Source: a virus (Duplodnaviria; Caudoviricetes). Taken from it: DNA of 64,000 bases. Of the stretch, positions 10,701 to 18,751 are shown piece after piece. Every line of letters begins with the position of its first letter. Within the stretch, counting starts at the first letter, position 1. The position numbers and the translations under genes were made by a program. The notes under the pieces are model-generated. The model was not told where the DNA came from. It did not search any database and saw only the letters and a program-made list of their open reading frames with translations. Location of the stretch: the IMG/VR virus record IMGVR_UViG_3300033068_000713, positions 1 through 64,000 of that record; one strand, written 5' to 3'.

Positions 10701-12138
10701 ATCGTCGGATGTCTTCTGGCTGTTCATTAAGCCAGGATTCCGAATCGCGTAGTCCATCAGCCACCAGTTGTCCTCCACTTCCATCAAGTTGCGATTCCTG
10801 GTTTCCTCCCGAATCTTCCTGAACTGCATCGCCTTGTATTGGCTGAATGTCTGTTTCGATTTCTTGTGCATTTCCTTGTGTTTCTACGGGTTGGATTTCA
10901 TTGACGAAAGAACGGACTTCTTCTTCCAAAGAAGGTTGCGACACTGCTTGAGATTGAGCATTTTCCCGAAGAAATGCGGCTACGGCAGGACTGTTGGCTT
11001 GCTCGTTGACGGCAGCAACATCTTCCAGTTCTGCTACTGGTTCTGGGATGGATGCGGGAGCCTCGCTTAGAGCGTCGTTAATCCGCTTAGATGCTGGCTT
11101 GTTACGGCGGGATGCGGCTAGAAGTTCAATGCCTCCAGGGATCGTTCCTCCCAAAGTTCCGTAAGCCGTGTCTTCGATGGTGTTGAGCCAGAAGTCTTTG
11201 GTTGCAGGATCAATCGAAGGAATCCTTTCGCCGTTAAGAGCAAATCCTGGATTGTTTGGGTCTTCGTCCGCAAAGAGATTGGAGGCGACATCCTGAAGTC
11301 TGCCGGAAATTCCTTCTTCGCCGCCTTCTGCAAGGGATGTTTTGGCGAACTGGGTCAACCCCCGCTCGGCTGCACCTTCCAGAACCCGTTTACCGAACGC
11401 AAGAGAACCCAAACCTCCGAGCGATTCTGTGCCAGCCTCTACGGCAGCGTACATGCTCGCCATGGTATCCCGCTTCTTGGGGTCGGTGATGCCGAGACGG
11501 TCTGCTTCTTGGTAGCCTGCGTTGAGGCCGAGGAGAGCGCCTTGGCTTAAAGCTAACCCCCTTGCCAGATTGGCCGCTTGTCCCGCTTTGGCAAAAGCTG
11601 CTCCGGGAACGATAGAGGAAAGAACCTGTCCTCCTGCTTGCCCAATAACTCCAGCCGCTTTGACGGGGATAGACTCTTGAAGCGCGGGATTGACGGGGAG
11701 AGCCTCTTGTACAGCCGAAGTTGCCTGTTTGCCAATGCCTTCCACAAACTTGGAAGGAGCCGACATGGACTCGATGGCGGAATTATCTCGTCCCGTTAGC
11801 TCATTGACGAGCGTAGCGGTTGCCGTAACAGGGTTGAGGCGTCGATTAAAGAGTTGACCCATTTGGCCTGCGCCTTCAACCGCGCTGGTGAAAGCTCCCG
11901 CAAATCCCCTTGCTCCTGCATTAACGGCAGAACTGGCGAGTCCTTGTCCTGTGTCTTGAGGGGCGAACCGAGAGGCAATGTCCTTATCCAGTTCACTGAT
12001 TGCCAAGTTGGCCTCTTGCTCGTTAAGAGCATTGGAGCGGATGGATTGTTCCATATCACTTCTCCAAAGTCCGACCGCTTGGGTCTTTTCTTCGGGAGTG
12101 AAATCAGGTGCGCTTAGGATTTCGTCGAGTTCGCTCAT
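4777..12138 (-). CDS. Large internal virion/DNA-ejection (polyvalent) protein with zincin-like HExxH motif
   Basis: 2453 aa; Ala/Gly-rich N-terminus, acidic linker, IRYSR, ALHEQFHGGL, long helical region. Confidence 0.75.
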   Translation of the reverse strand: MSELDEILSAPDFTPEEKTQAVGLWRSDMEQSIRSNALNEQEANLAISELDKDIASRFAPQDTGQGLASSAVNAGARGFAGAFTSAVEGAGQMGQLFNRRLNPVTATATLVNELTGRDNSAIESMSAPSKFVEGIGKQATSAVQEALPVNPALQESIPVKAAGVIGQAGGQVLSSIVPGAAFAKAGQAANLARGLALSQGALLGLNAGYQEADRLGITDPKKRDTMASMYAAVEAGTESLGGLGSLAFGKRVLEGAAERGLTQFAKTSLAEGGEEGISGRLQDVASNLFADEDPNNPGFALNGERIPSIDPATKDFWLNTIEDTAYGTLGGTIPGGIELLAASRRNKPASKRINDALSEAPASIPEPVAELEDVAAVNEQANSPAVAAFLRENAQSQAVSQPSLEEEVRSFVNEIQPVETQGNAQEIETDIQPIQGDAVQEDSGGNQESQLDGSGGQLVADGLRDSESWLNEQPEDIRRSIENEALDLADDPQVLALVDAQDFDGADALMDQKREQIIRNRMTSTISDASSTITEPSSTINESVEETIETSPTPPQSPQKSKISYIQDAVDAYDFNSETRLDQSPLREQNEAWMSDKPEPVRKLIEDLAYQLDKQNPRYIGNRLSKYDLSNTFIAAAIDAYEQNPFLFQKETIQPEITDGNQTVPGNELGRVEEVLPSDAGAIAPAEQVALDTVPSEGTVPSFEPSLRSEIATLPAVAQAKWSDDVVQEAIRWQADQSSDTTLNSIQQKLVERVSNAVRTPEQLAAQDAQDKAELLRIARKEREDRKFDATTTDPVRAKRIQDDIDALEAENRVDDNAEDTIRYSRQRNIPAKVVTQEHVDAAINRFKSTDIGKRMLSNLLFAPNPRAALNLPEFKNRKFSRRSLRSILEANGFFDPQTSKSVVLVDEIVPLKGETPEDAVFRVALHEQFHGGLQWMMAKDSKFRNQVIRLTSQLQKQGWGEIAERYPELLDDPMAMFQEWMIARLEKGDPVELAKIDPLWKQFWDALKDLVRRIVGTDIPDKELDRMARSLASKMLNQPDAFSGLEDDEGDVSTSEPALSKNRLEESDFQRFQSDEEREAAAQALADELNVSRDDIMLMQRMGLVEAGNPSVINRVKPMVVYARKLLGQSGNLQSEMKVSDENTRKAWEMTQIYGNPTFQAELIADMSRMISDAQGKPHNAAGAVEAMNHVLMKYAKAVAEKTQNESLFLHVNNNWDNTGIRESAQALNTRSWISQQDPMSRTTKLVQQAKEETTSTKITSKKNQATLKEKAKGDAESLDEAVKDDSKVKVADDDLDSVGIKTKYKPLPVDRKKAVDSLLAKPEESFRTQLEKDGAQRIASLFFVGEKKPSGTGVLVQSSDDLNAELGGMIRDSLKELGIESKSKPEKEDLYRKLVATIQDDLREGKMNRIDEAVREKINEWDASPEWKADMIAQWETVSGMMGNRDASEATARKILSQVLSEKNLSPDSVARMKFDDRQKAVASIRAQVRKSLNESIAKSSSGEQVNTDQRYDDVADYIASLFENDVNSRLAAIPTEDANRIIDQIDKANSEWVGPEKQRNKIQELKKEALTSELTDTSRPGHLTQEGFIQRYAKGFSDLGVDPNVATNLAQRLYDENRKLRTNKENRERDRKAKRVSVKAIAKDIMETAGYALHDPAMTAEKIQQYLTKSGFSEQEASRFASKYAPLIREKILQAREIAFQKAVKDLDLKGIEKGTIDSIRKAIRTGVLDPSDAVAKGLAEQAGFKDITPEQYAKMAALDAQMDKGGVLERAKLHKEMVEIVAQSMPDLTWKKRLARSYTNSVLSGIGTLAIQFTTPVFSGMTRIGTEIGTILADAATGKISRADVPAQISQTLVNAVDSVKGFAGDFGYALKSGVTSSSTEHTHLDEGNLKEDLRRSREMMKSSDPATKLKGLSRFLFASTDYTHRVMLAADEAMTNTMKRFFARQGVLRLAGLKDVPGLTTEEAKGLIAKSVAYAQQKAQEAARNGSSPLEAGAIGRDEMNAYLENAVSDIFGEESGAELRRQYTSEAQMEIGTRAQEEGAGWDVPNLISQIMVNASNFAREKDPLLGRILTGFVTVPVNMANRSLAFTPVGLMRAYAKTREKRSGVDPKLYEQTIGTDLQLRQRYVEGVAGTVGMLIAAALAGMDDDDDYDKHTGFHFTGYGPKDRNLRDAWLKAGNRPYTIEWMDKGKVKAAISYARGGPEILKLPAAAVGALDDMRLNGQLEDKNVVENFGNWTTGALGAGLKATNFFGLKNLTNIVGISDQSDRSAAGSLTWMATGIVPWSGFTKSLTRLVQGPLDNSSVKASIIANLPLVSLAGEPALNFLGDEKGFQPLDLFTKTSDKANYTGFPIYVAGKGRSVNQPLYEFMLETGATPSMPLRSTLESKNGFMTDRRWAQYIKTRGQFIKDSMYAQLPKLRAMSTDERDKAISGISSAATSAAKKKLGLE
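10519..10570 (+). repeat. Three copies of AATTGTAGAG at a 21-bp period (Ser-Thr-Ile heptad in linker)
   Basis: Copies start at 10519, 10540, 10561; encodes STISDAS-STITEPS-STINES on the minus strand. Confidence 0.8.
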
Positions 12139-13250
12139 TCACGCGGGCTAAAGTAGTCTTTAACCGCTCGAACAGGAACGGCAACAGTTTCTTGGATGTC
12201 ACCGATGACTCGCTTAGCCTCGGAGAGAGGGGCTTCAATAGCCTCGTTGATCATGGCCCCAGGATAAGCCAACCCAACAATGGCCGCATCCTTGACGGTC
12301 TTCAGGTCTTCTTGAAATGGGCTTGGGCCAGGAAGTCTTCCAAACCCTCTCGGAATATTTCCGGTAACGTCAGTCAGAGTTTCGGTTCCCGTGGCTACTG
12401 GATTTTGACCAATCGCGCCAGAAGGAAGGGAAGTCTTGCCGCGTACGGCGTCGAGGTATTTGTTTCCGGTGGATACGGGTCCGCTTTGTATCGCTTGATC
12501 AGTCGTGGCGGTTCCTGCTGGGGTTGCCATCGTAGTATCCTTGAATCCTGCTGCGTTGTAGCCAGCCCGTTCGTAGCCGTCCACAAGACTCTGGAAGATG
12601 GCTTGTTTTGGACCGCGCACAATCATGTCGGACTCAGACCACTCCTGTTCGGTTTTGGGCTCTCTTCCGTACTTGGTTTGGAAGGCGGTAATCTTTTCCT
12701 CGTCGGTCGGATTGCGAGTTGCCTCGAAACGGGCATTTGCCAGTTCGGATGCGGCCTTTTCACTAAGCATGGTTTTTCCGATAGCCTTCTCCCCGCGATC
12801 CGCTTTCCCGATCAAGTAGCTGGCCTTGATTTCGTTGATTGATCCGTCTGGCTCCATGAGAGAACCGATGGTGTCAGGGTCAATGCCTTTCAAGGCAAGC
12901 TGGGAGGCAAGACTTGTGTTCTTGTCCTTCCACTGCTTCTGGAGAGCGTAGCGGGAAGCTAGGGATCGGACGGCATTCTGGAGCTTGGGGGAGTTCTGGT
13001 AGAGATTTGGGTCTTCGATGGAGGACAGATAATCCTGAACGTCTACTTGGTAGGTAGGGCTGTCAGGATCAAGAGCAGAAAGACCTTGGACAATCCCGTC
13101 CTCGTAAGCATTCTGAGCCTGACGGTAAATGTCTACCTGCGGGTTTGCGTAGCTGCGATCCATCCAGGAAGTGTCGGGGACATTTCCGAGGAAGTTGCTG
13201 AGCCTTGGGTCTTGGCGTTGGCCGATGATTCTGTTGCGGAGGTCGGGCAT
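12135..13250 (-). CDS. Putative internal virion/DNA transfer protein
   Basis: 371 aa, coupled to the 2453-aa gene; low-complexity helical composition. Confidence 0.55.
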   Translation of the reverse strand: MPDLRNRIIGQRQDPRLSNFLGNVPDTSWMDRSYANPQVDIYRQAQNAYEDGIVQGLSALDPDSPTYQVDVQDYLSSIEDPNLYQNSPKLQNAVRSLASRYALQKQWKDKNTSLASQLALKGIDPDTIGSLMEPDGSINEIKASYLIGKADRGEKAIGKTMLSEKAASELANARFEATRNPTDEEKITAFQTKYGREPKTEQEWSESDMIVRGPKQAIFQSLVDGYERAGYNAAGFKDTTMATPAGTATTDQAIQSGPVSTGNKYLDAVRGKTSLPSGAIGQNPVATGTETLTDVTGNIPRGFGRLPGPSPFQEDLKTVKDAAIVGLAYPGAMINEAIEAPLSEAKRVIGDIQETVAVPVRAVKDYFSPRE

Positions 13251-14191
13251 TACCGGATGTGCTGTAGGTAGGATGGATAACCTCCGGGGCCGGAGATGAC
13301 GATGGAGGGAATTTGCTTTCCGCGAGAGTTACGATGGGCTTCATTCAGGAGTTGGAAACACTGATCCCACATCTGGTTCGCCTCTTGAGCATTCGAGGAG
13401 TTCTGGGACTGAATAGCCTTCATCCCATACTGAAGCGCATTGATGTCGTCAGGGATGACAAAATCTGTTGGATTGACGATTGGGTTGTAGCGAAGTCGTC
13501 CAAGAGCGCCGATTGCCTTACTAGTGTCGTAGGTTCCTGTCAGATACCGCTTGTACCTTGGTCGGGTTTCGTAAGGCTGGTAAACTTGCAACAAAGTTGC
13601 TGTAGTGCCATCCCAAGAGTAAACCGAAACCGTTCCTTTGGTGACGGGTTTTTGGAACCCCGTGAAAGTGTCGAGCGTTGAAGCCGTGTCGGTTGTTGTC
13701 GAGCTGAGGGTAAGCGGCAGACCTTCTGCGCCCGTAGCAGGATCGAAGATGGCTTGGCCGGAAACGGTTCCAAAGAATCGGATTTCCTTGTCTACATCTG
13801 CGGCGTTGGAAAGCACGAAGCGGAGTTTCTGTCCTGAGGTGTGATTGACCGAAGTCACCCACTCGTCTCCGGCATCCACGAGCATTCCGCATCCGGGAAC
13901 TGTAGAGCGAAGGGTTCCGGGGCCAAACTCCACGTACGGCAAATCCCGAGAAAAGACGATTGCGGGAATCCGGTCGGTTGTGACCGCTGTAATGCTGGCA
14001 ATGTGAGCGGGGAGAGTGATGTATCCGGTCGATCCGTTAAACGCCACTTCCACCACGCAACCATTCCAAGATCCCGACTTAATGATGCGCTCCCGAGCCA
14101 TGTTCAGGTCTCGACGCATCTCTTCCTCGTTGTCGCTGTACATCCAGCCCAACTGATCGAGAATGTCTTGGAATGTGGTTTGGGAGAACAT
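13250..14191 (-). CDS. Putative head-tail adaptor/tail tubular protein A-like
   Basis: LNMARERIIKSGSW..YITLP N-terminus, beta-rich middle, C-terminal helix WDQCFQLLNEAHRNSRG; structural operon context. Confidence 0.5.
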   Translation of the reverse strand: MFSQTTFQDILDQLGWMYSDNEEEMRRDLNMARERIIKSGSWNGCVVEVAFNGSTGYITLPAHIASITAVTTDRIPAIVFSRDLPYVEFGPGTLRSTVPGCGMLVDAGDEWVTSVNHTSGQKLRFVLSNAADVDKEIRFFGTVSGQAIFDPATGAEGLPLTLSSTTTDTASTLDTFTGFQKPVTKGTVSVYSWDGTTATLLQVYQPYETRPRYKRYLTGTYDTSKAIGALGRLRYNPIVNPTDFVIPDDINALQYGMKAIQSQNSSNAQEANQMWDQCFQLLNEAHRNSRGKQIPSIVISGPGGYPSYLQHIR

Positions 14192-15489
14192 TAGGCTTTC
14201 TTCTTGAGGCGGGACATGGGATTAGGAAGTCCTTTCACGCGCTCTTGGGTGTCGGCTTGAATAACGGTCATTTGCTCGCTTCCTTTCGGAACTCGGATAG
14301 GGTACATTTCTCCAACAGGAAGACCCGCTCGATTGGTTACCCCGAACATGCCAGGGAGTCCGTCCTCGGGAGTTGCAGTTGCCGTCCCGTATTTGCTATC
14401 TATGCGAGATCCTCCCGTGTTGGTGTAGGCCGACATGGGAGTAGCGTTCATTCTATTCGTCGCCGCCTGATTCTCGTACACCTGAGCTACGGCTGCACGA
14501 CCTGCTTGCTCCCTCGCAAAGCGATTCGCGGCCTGCTGGCGTGTAGTGTCCACAAAGGACTCAAGCCCTTGTCGGTTGCGGGGTGCCCACGGATAACGGC
14601 GATAGATTTCGTCCACTCCGATCTCGACCGGACCCGATGCGGGAGCGAGCGGCATGTCTCGTTGCGAACCGATGCCTCGTGGCGCTCCGATGGGTTGACG
14701 GCCAAAGAGCCCGCTTTGAAAGAATTGGGATGGGTTGCGGCGAACAACGGGAGAAATGTAGGCGGCTTCTTCTTCGACATCTTCATACCCGTAATCGCCA
14801 CCGTATCCTTGGACGGGTCCACCACTACGGCGAAATTGGGGTTTGAGCATTTCCATGGTCTTCTTGTGCGGCATGATTTTGCCGTTTACTTCGGGGATGA
14901 AAAGCTCTGGGCCTTCCTCTCCTACGATGTACGGCTGAATCTTGTCCACAGGTCCACCTTTGGCCTTAAAGAGGTCTTGAGGGAAAAGAGGATTTTGGTC
15001 TGGGTTGAGAGCCGGGAAAAGATTGGGTGGATTCAGGGGATTGATTCCGGAAATTCCTAGAGCGGGAGGTGCTCCAATCGGGGCCGCAAAAGGATTGGGG
15101 ATCGGAGTGGGAATGCGCCCCATGTTTTGACCGTACTTGCTCTCTGGGATAAAAGTCCCGGCAGGTTGAGCGCCGCCTTGATATTGTACAGGCCCACGGC
15201 GAGGAGCCATGTAGGTACCGCTACCACGACCTCCGTAGCCACCACCGGAAGATTGCCCCATGCTGCCGCCTGTAGCTGAGCTGGTGTTCTGTGCGCCTCC
15301 GACTGGCATTCGACCATTTGGATTAGGCTTACGGCCCATGGTGAGACCGACTTCGTATCCAGGGAGGAATGCTGGTGGCTTTTGCTGCATTCCTGGAGTG
15401 AATCCGGGACGAGGCACGCTGCCTAGCCATGTTGGTCCTTGGCGAGGCGGCCCACTTGGCCTATATGGTTGCGCTGGCATTTCGCGCAT
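14191..15489 (-). CDS. Pro/Gly/Gln-rich putative virion protein with tape-measure-type GGPV..VGExGPELF motif
   Basis: AKGGPVDKIQPYIVGEEGPELFIPEVNGKIMP inside low-complexity sequence. Confidence 0.65.
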   Translation of the reverse strand: MREMPAQPYRPSGPPRQGPTWLGSVPRPGFTPGMQQKPPAFLPGYEVGLTMGRKPNPNGRMPVGGAQNTSSATGGSMGQSSGGGYGGRGSGTYMAPRRGPVQYQGGAQPAGTFIPESKYGQNMGRIPTPIPNPFAAPIGAPPALGISGINPLNPPNLFPALNPDQNPLFPQDLFKAKGGPVDKIQPYIVGEEGPELFIPEVNGKIMPHKKTMEMLKPQFRRSGGPVQGYGGDYGYEDVEEEAAYISPVVRRNPSQFFQSGLFGRQPIGAPRGIGSQRDMPLAPASGPVEIGVDEIYRRYPWAPRNRQGLESFVDTTRQQAANRFAREQAGRAAVAQVYENQAATNRMNATPMSAYTNTGGSRIDSKYGTATATPEDGLPGMFGVTNRAGLPVGEMYPIRVPKGSEQMTVIQADTQERVKGLPNPMSRLKKKA

Positions 15490-15702
15490 GATAGCAATGT
15501 CTACTTAAAAATCCACAAAATTTAGAAAAGAGTTCGCCAGGAACCCGTTATAGCGGTCCTCGGAGTTGGCGTGACTCTCGGGAAAGTAGGGGGACAAGAA
15601 AAACCCTTACCGCTGACGGACACGGTGTACTCGTCCGGGCATTACTGCCGAATTCATTTTGAGCGGTGCAACCTAAATGTCAAAGCCATTCGATTAATAG
15701 GC

Positions 15703-15912
15703 ATGATTACTTTTGCGGCACTTTCTCTTTCGTCTGGCGGATTGCTTAATATCCTTCTCGCCTTGCTCGTTCTCGCGCTCGTTATTTGGCTTTGCATCTG
15801 GCTAATTGACATGCTTCCGCTTCCCAATGTTCCCAAGACGATTGCCAAGGTGATTGTTGCGATTATCGCATTGCTGGTGATTTTCCAGCAGTTGGGAGTC
15901 GTCACGCTTTAG
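15703..15912 (+). CDS. Small two-TM membrane protein (Thivi_2564-like)
   Basis: LLALLVLALVIWLCIWLIDMLPLPNVPKTIAKVIVAIIALLVIF; ATG at 15703. Confidence 0.7.
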   Translation: MITFAALSLSSGGLLNILLALLVLALVIWLCIWLIDMLPLPNVPKTIAKVIVAIIALLVIFQQLGVVTL

Positions 15913-16175
15913 ACCGAGAACAACTTGTGATACTCCTGCTCGGTGGTGCTGACGGCCCATTCTCCAGGTTTATCGACAACAGTGAACAGGAATCCTCCAA
16001 TTCGGCATTCGTTCTGCTTTGTGACCTGATCGTAGTTTGGATCGCAGACGAGGAATTGGCTGATTTCCTCTTCGATCTTCTCACGCATGGAGCGGGACAT
16101 GGCGCTCACTACCAGTCCTCCAAGAGCTTTGGCGCGGTGAGCTTGCTCGGTTAGGGCGAGGATGAGGGATGTCAT
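15909..16175 (-). CDS. Hypothetical protein
   Basis: ORF from ATG 16175, convergent with the membrane gene. Confidence 0.55.
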   Translation of the reverse strand: MTSLILALTEQAHRAKALGGLVVSAMSRSMREKIEEEISQFLVCDPNYDQVTKQNECRIGGFLFTVVDKPGEWAVSTTEQEYHKLFSV

Positions 16176-16239
16176 CGCATTAGGAAATAGATGGTCATAC
16201 CTCCAAAGAAGTACCCAAGCCAAAATATCGTGTTCTTAC

Positions 16240-16434
16240 TCATGCCGTCTGATCGCACTCCTTACAGGTTGACCGTTTTTTATCTCCCATAAAGTGGCTT
16301 CCGCACAAGCAGCACTGGTTCCAGTAGTTGCAGGGGTCTTGCCAGTCTTTGGGGTTGGTGACTTTCTCCGGGGATTTGAGAAATTCCGTTAAGCTGAAGG
16401 GCTTTGGGAAGATGGGTTGGTCTTGTGTATTCAT
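16240..16434 (-). CDS. Small Zn-finger-like protein
   Basis: CCLCG..CKEC; ATGA overlap with upstream gene. Confidence 0.6.
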   Translation of the reverse strand: MNTQDQPIFPKPFSLTEFLKSPEKVTNPKDWQDPCNYWNQCCLCGSHFMGDKKRSTCKECDQTA

Positions 16435-16628
16435 TTTGACCAAACTTCCTTTCTCGTTTCGGTGTCGTAAACTTGACCCCACTGAATCGACCAGTCATCA
16501 CCCTTGGTGACAGCATAAAGCTCCAAGGCGGCTATGGCATCCTCTCGTCCATCATGATCGCTAACAAAATCCCTCATTCCTTTCGAGGGATAGTATTTGT
16601 CTCCGTAAAAAGCTAAGAATCGTTTCAT
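16431..16628 (-). CDS. Hypothetical protein
   Basis: 65 aa, FLAFYGDKYYPSKGMRDF. Confidence 0.65.
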   Translation of the reverse strand: MKRFLAFYGDKYYPSKGMRDFVSDHDGREDAIAALELYAVTKGDDWSIQWGQVYDTETRKEVWSK

Positions 16629-16637
16629 ATTTTTGAT

Positions 16638-16853
16638 CTATAACAATTTCAATTCCGTTACTGTTCCGTCTTTCTTTTTGAGTTGGAGAACGTCGCCGTT
16701 GCGGATGGCTTGGGTGACGAGTTCGTAGAGGGAAGATTTTGATTCTGTTTCGACTTCCAGTCCGATTCCGCCATTAGCTTTCCGTGACAACACGATTTGG
16801 CTTTGATTCGTTTTGATGTTTTGGATTTGCTGTTTATCACCAGAAGGCTCCAT
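16638..16853 (-). CDS. Hypothetical protein (overlaps 16658..16951)
   Basis: Protein-like 71-aa ORF; start uncertain. Confidence 0.45.
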   Translation of the reverse strand: MEPSGDKQQIQNIKTNQSQIVLSRKANGGIGLEVETESKSSLYELVTQAIRNGDVLQLKKKDGTVTELKLL

Positions 16854-16951
16854 TCTCGGGTTTTATTATCGAAAGTCACATCCCATCGAAGGTGGCCGGA
16901 TTTAGCAGTATGCTGAGAAAAGCCGTTAAACTCTTTCCAGATCAGGCTCAT
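16658..16951 (-). CDS. Hypothetical protein
   Basis: ATG overlaps the stop of the upstream 54-aa gene (ATGA). Confidence 0.45.
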   Translation of the reverse strand: MSLIWKEFNGFSQHTAKSGHLRWDVTFDNKTREWSLLVINSKSKTSKRIKAKSCCHGKLMAESDWKSKQNQNLPSTNSSPKPSATATFSNSKRKTEQ

Positions 16952-17112
16952 CTCCCTTTTCCTTTCAGAAACGCGGCATCGACGACTTTGCCGAGGGTGT
17001 TAAGTTCTTTGATTTTAGGGTCTACCTCGGAGTTGATGATCCGCTCGGTGGAGGGAAGAACTCGGAGGGTGAGTTTGACGCGCTTGGGTTCTGTGGGTCT
17101 TCCGCGTTTCAT
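16948..17112 (-). CDS. Small ribbon-helix-helix-like DNA-binding protein
   Basis: Hand-translated MKRGRPTEPKRVKLTLRVLPSTERIINSEVD..; ATGA-coupled on both sides. Confidence 0.55.
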   Translation of the reverse strand: MKRGRPTEPKRVKLTLRVLPSTERIINSEVDPKIKELNTLGKVVDAAFLKGKGR

Positions 17113-17321
17113 GATTTTTCTTTTTCTAGGAAAACGTCTGCCTTTATAGGCTCGTCATCAAAACTAAATCCAAGAATATGCTCAACTCTTGAGACTCGAT
17201 GCGTCCAATACTGAACACAGATGTGCTCGCCAATTCTCGGGATACATGCATGAGGACCTCGATAAATTGGTTTTTCTCTGTCTTCGCCTTCCAAAAAGAC
17301 CCTGATAATAGGATGGCTCAT
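17109..17321 (-). CDS. Hypothetical protein
   Basis: 70 aa, IPRIGEHI; coupled overlaps. Confidence 0.6.
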   Translation of the reverse strand: MSHPIIRVFLEGEDREKPIYRGPHACIPRIGEHICVQYWTHRVSRVEHILGFSFDDEPIKADVFLEKEKS

Positions 17322-17722
17322 AGGGATTTCTGAGACGAGGCTTTTCCAATTCCGACAGAGCTGTCGGTTCCAGTGCAGTCTAGGGAATGGGTTGGTCGGA
17401 AACGGCGATCAGCCTCTTTAAGCAGGAGGGCCGCTTTTTCTGGAATACCCTGCACTGCCTTGACGAAGTGCTGAAGTTCCTCGGCGCAAGCGGACACCTT
17501 ATTGGCTTGAGGAGGTTCTGGCTTTTCAATGGGCCCCATCCAGACGCCTCCCATATCGGAACATAGGGTATCCATTTTCATGGTTCCGCCGTCCATGGCG
17601 CAAAGACCACAAGGCTTCGTCTCACGATTATAAACAGTCTCAGACCACACATGCATACCATCAGAGTACCACCAAAGCCCCGGACCAGTGGGTTGTTGAA
17701 GCCATTTCCTTTTTTTGTTCAT
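17318..17722 (-). CDS. Hypothetical protein
   Basis: 134 aa, PTGPGLWWY; directly behind a consensus promoter. Confidence 0.7.
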   Translation of the reverse strand: MNKKRKWLQQPTGPGLWWYSDGMHVWSETVYNRETKPCGLCAMDGGTMKMDTLCSDMGGVWMGPIEKPEPPQANKVSACAEELQHFVKAVQGIPEKAALLLKEADRRFRPTHSLDCTGTDSSVGIGKASSQKSL

Positions 17723-17756
17723 GCCAGCATTATATCTGTTTCTTTTATGCCGTCAA
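17723..17756 (-). promoter_or_regulatory. Leaderless sigma70-type promoter TTGACG-N16-TATAAT-N6-ATG
   Basis: -35 at 17756-17751, -10 at 17734-17729, ATG at 17722. Confidence 0.85.
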
Positions 17757-17898
17757 CAATAAAGTATCAGGGCGATTTGGAATTCCGGTTTACCTAGGGA
17801 GCAAGTTGTCTGGAAATCCCGGATAACTGCCGAAAACGGTGCTGTACGTAGGTATAATATTTGTGCCAGCAGTTAAAATACATGGTAGATTAGCTGGC

Positions 17899-18087
17899 AT
17901 GAAGCGATCCAAAATCCCCAATCGGGTCAAAAACGGCAAGCTCAGTCCCGCTGATTTCAGTGCCGTGTGCTTTGAGGTGAACGGGTATGATCTGTATCCG
18001 AACTGGCCGGAACTGCATCTAACCGAGTTTCAGCGTTACCAGATCAAAGCAGAGTTGTCTGTGAGGCGAGATGCTTCCAATACGTAG
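17899..18087 (+). CDS. Hypothetical protein
   Basis: MKRSKIPNRVK..; TAGATT 7 nt before ATG. Confidence 0.55.
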   Translation: MKRSKIPNRVKNGKLSPADFSAVCFEVNGYDLYPNWPELHLTEFQRYQIKAELSVRRDASNT

Positions 18088-18159
18088 GAATGTAGAGAAA
18101 TTAGGTTTCCAAGGCAGGAAGGGGCGTTTCCGTGCGAAGGAGTGGGAATTCTGATGGGT

Positions 18160-18378
18160 TTAGTCCCGAATCCACGCCAAAACAGATATTCCTCCTGCCT
18201 TCGTAACCCGAACACAGATACAGGTAGGGCACAGAAGCCCGTCGTCAGGAGCGATCTTCTTCCACTGCTGGTCTGGTAATACAAGGTCACACCCAAAGTC
18301 ACGGTAAGGGAGGCGGCAGTCGATGCAGGCAGGCATTGAGCGCGAAGCGCATTGTATTGGTTCTTTTGGATCGGCCAT
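18160..18378 (-). CDS. Cys-rich hypothetical protein
   Basis: CIDC..DLVLPDQQWKKIAP..LLCPTC; start uncertain. Confidence 0.55.
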   Translation of the reverse strand: MADPKEPIQCASRSMPACIDCRLPYRDFGCDLVLPDQQWKKIAPDDGLLCPTCICVRVTKAGGISVLAWIRD

Positions 18379-18454
18379 TTCCAACCGTAGCCCCACATTC
18401 CACAGTTGTAAACAAAAGGTATTTTGGGATTTTGGAGAAAATCGTGAGGGAGAT

Positions 18455-18712
18455 TCACTTTCTCTTAGACCACTCCCTAGGGTCGATCTTGTAGTATCGA
18501 CGGATACGGAACTCTCCTCTCAACTGAGCCATGAACATGCTAAAGAATTGGATACGAGCGTGGTAGTCCTTGGGTGTTTTAGCCCACACGCATGATCCGT
18601 CTGATCTCTTGAACCGCATAAACTCGTTGGGAGGCCAGAAATACCAACGCTTACCTGAGTATTCAAAAGTCTTGTGGCGGGTAGCTGGATTCTGTCTTTG
18701 GAGTGATCTCAT
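18455..18712 (-). CDS. Hypothetical protein
   Basis: ATG at 18712, just downstream of a regulon motif copy. Confidence 0.6.
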   Translation of the reverse strand: MRSLQRQNPATRHKTFEYSGKRWYFWPPNEFMRFKRSDGSCVWAKTPKDYHARIQFFSMFMAQLRGEFRIRRYYKIDPREWSKRK

Positions 18713-18727
18713 TTCAAATAGTCGGCT

Positions 18728-18751
18728 ATGGTTCACAACATGACAACTAAA
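18728..18751 (-). promoter_or_regulatory. Repeated motif copy TTTAGTTGT-CATGT-TGTGAAC-CAT
   Basis: Matches seven other intergenic copies with identical spacing. Confidence 0.75.

Noticed and set aside
18036-18458. 140-aa ORF or programmed frameshift joining it to 18160..18378
   Set aside because: No slippery site identified; the two overlapping frames cannot be resolved by eye
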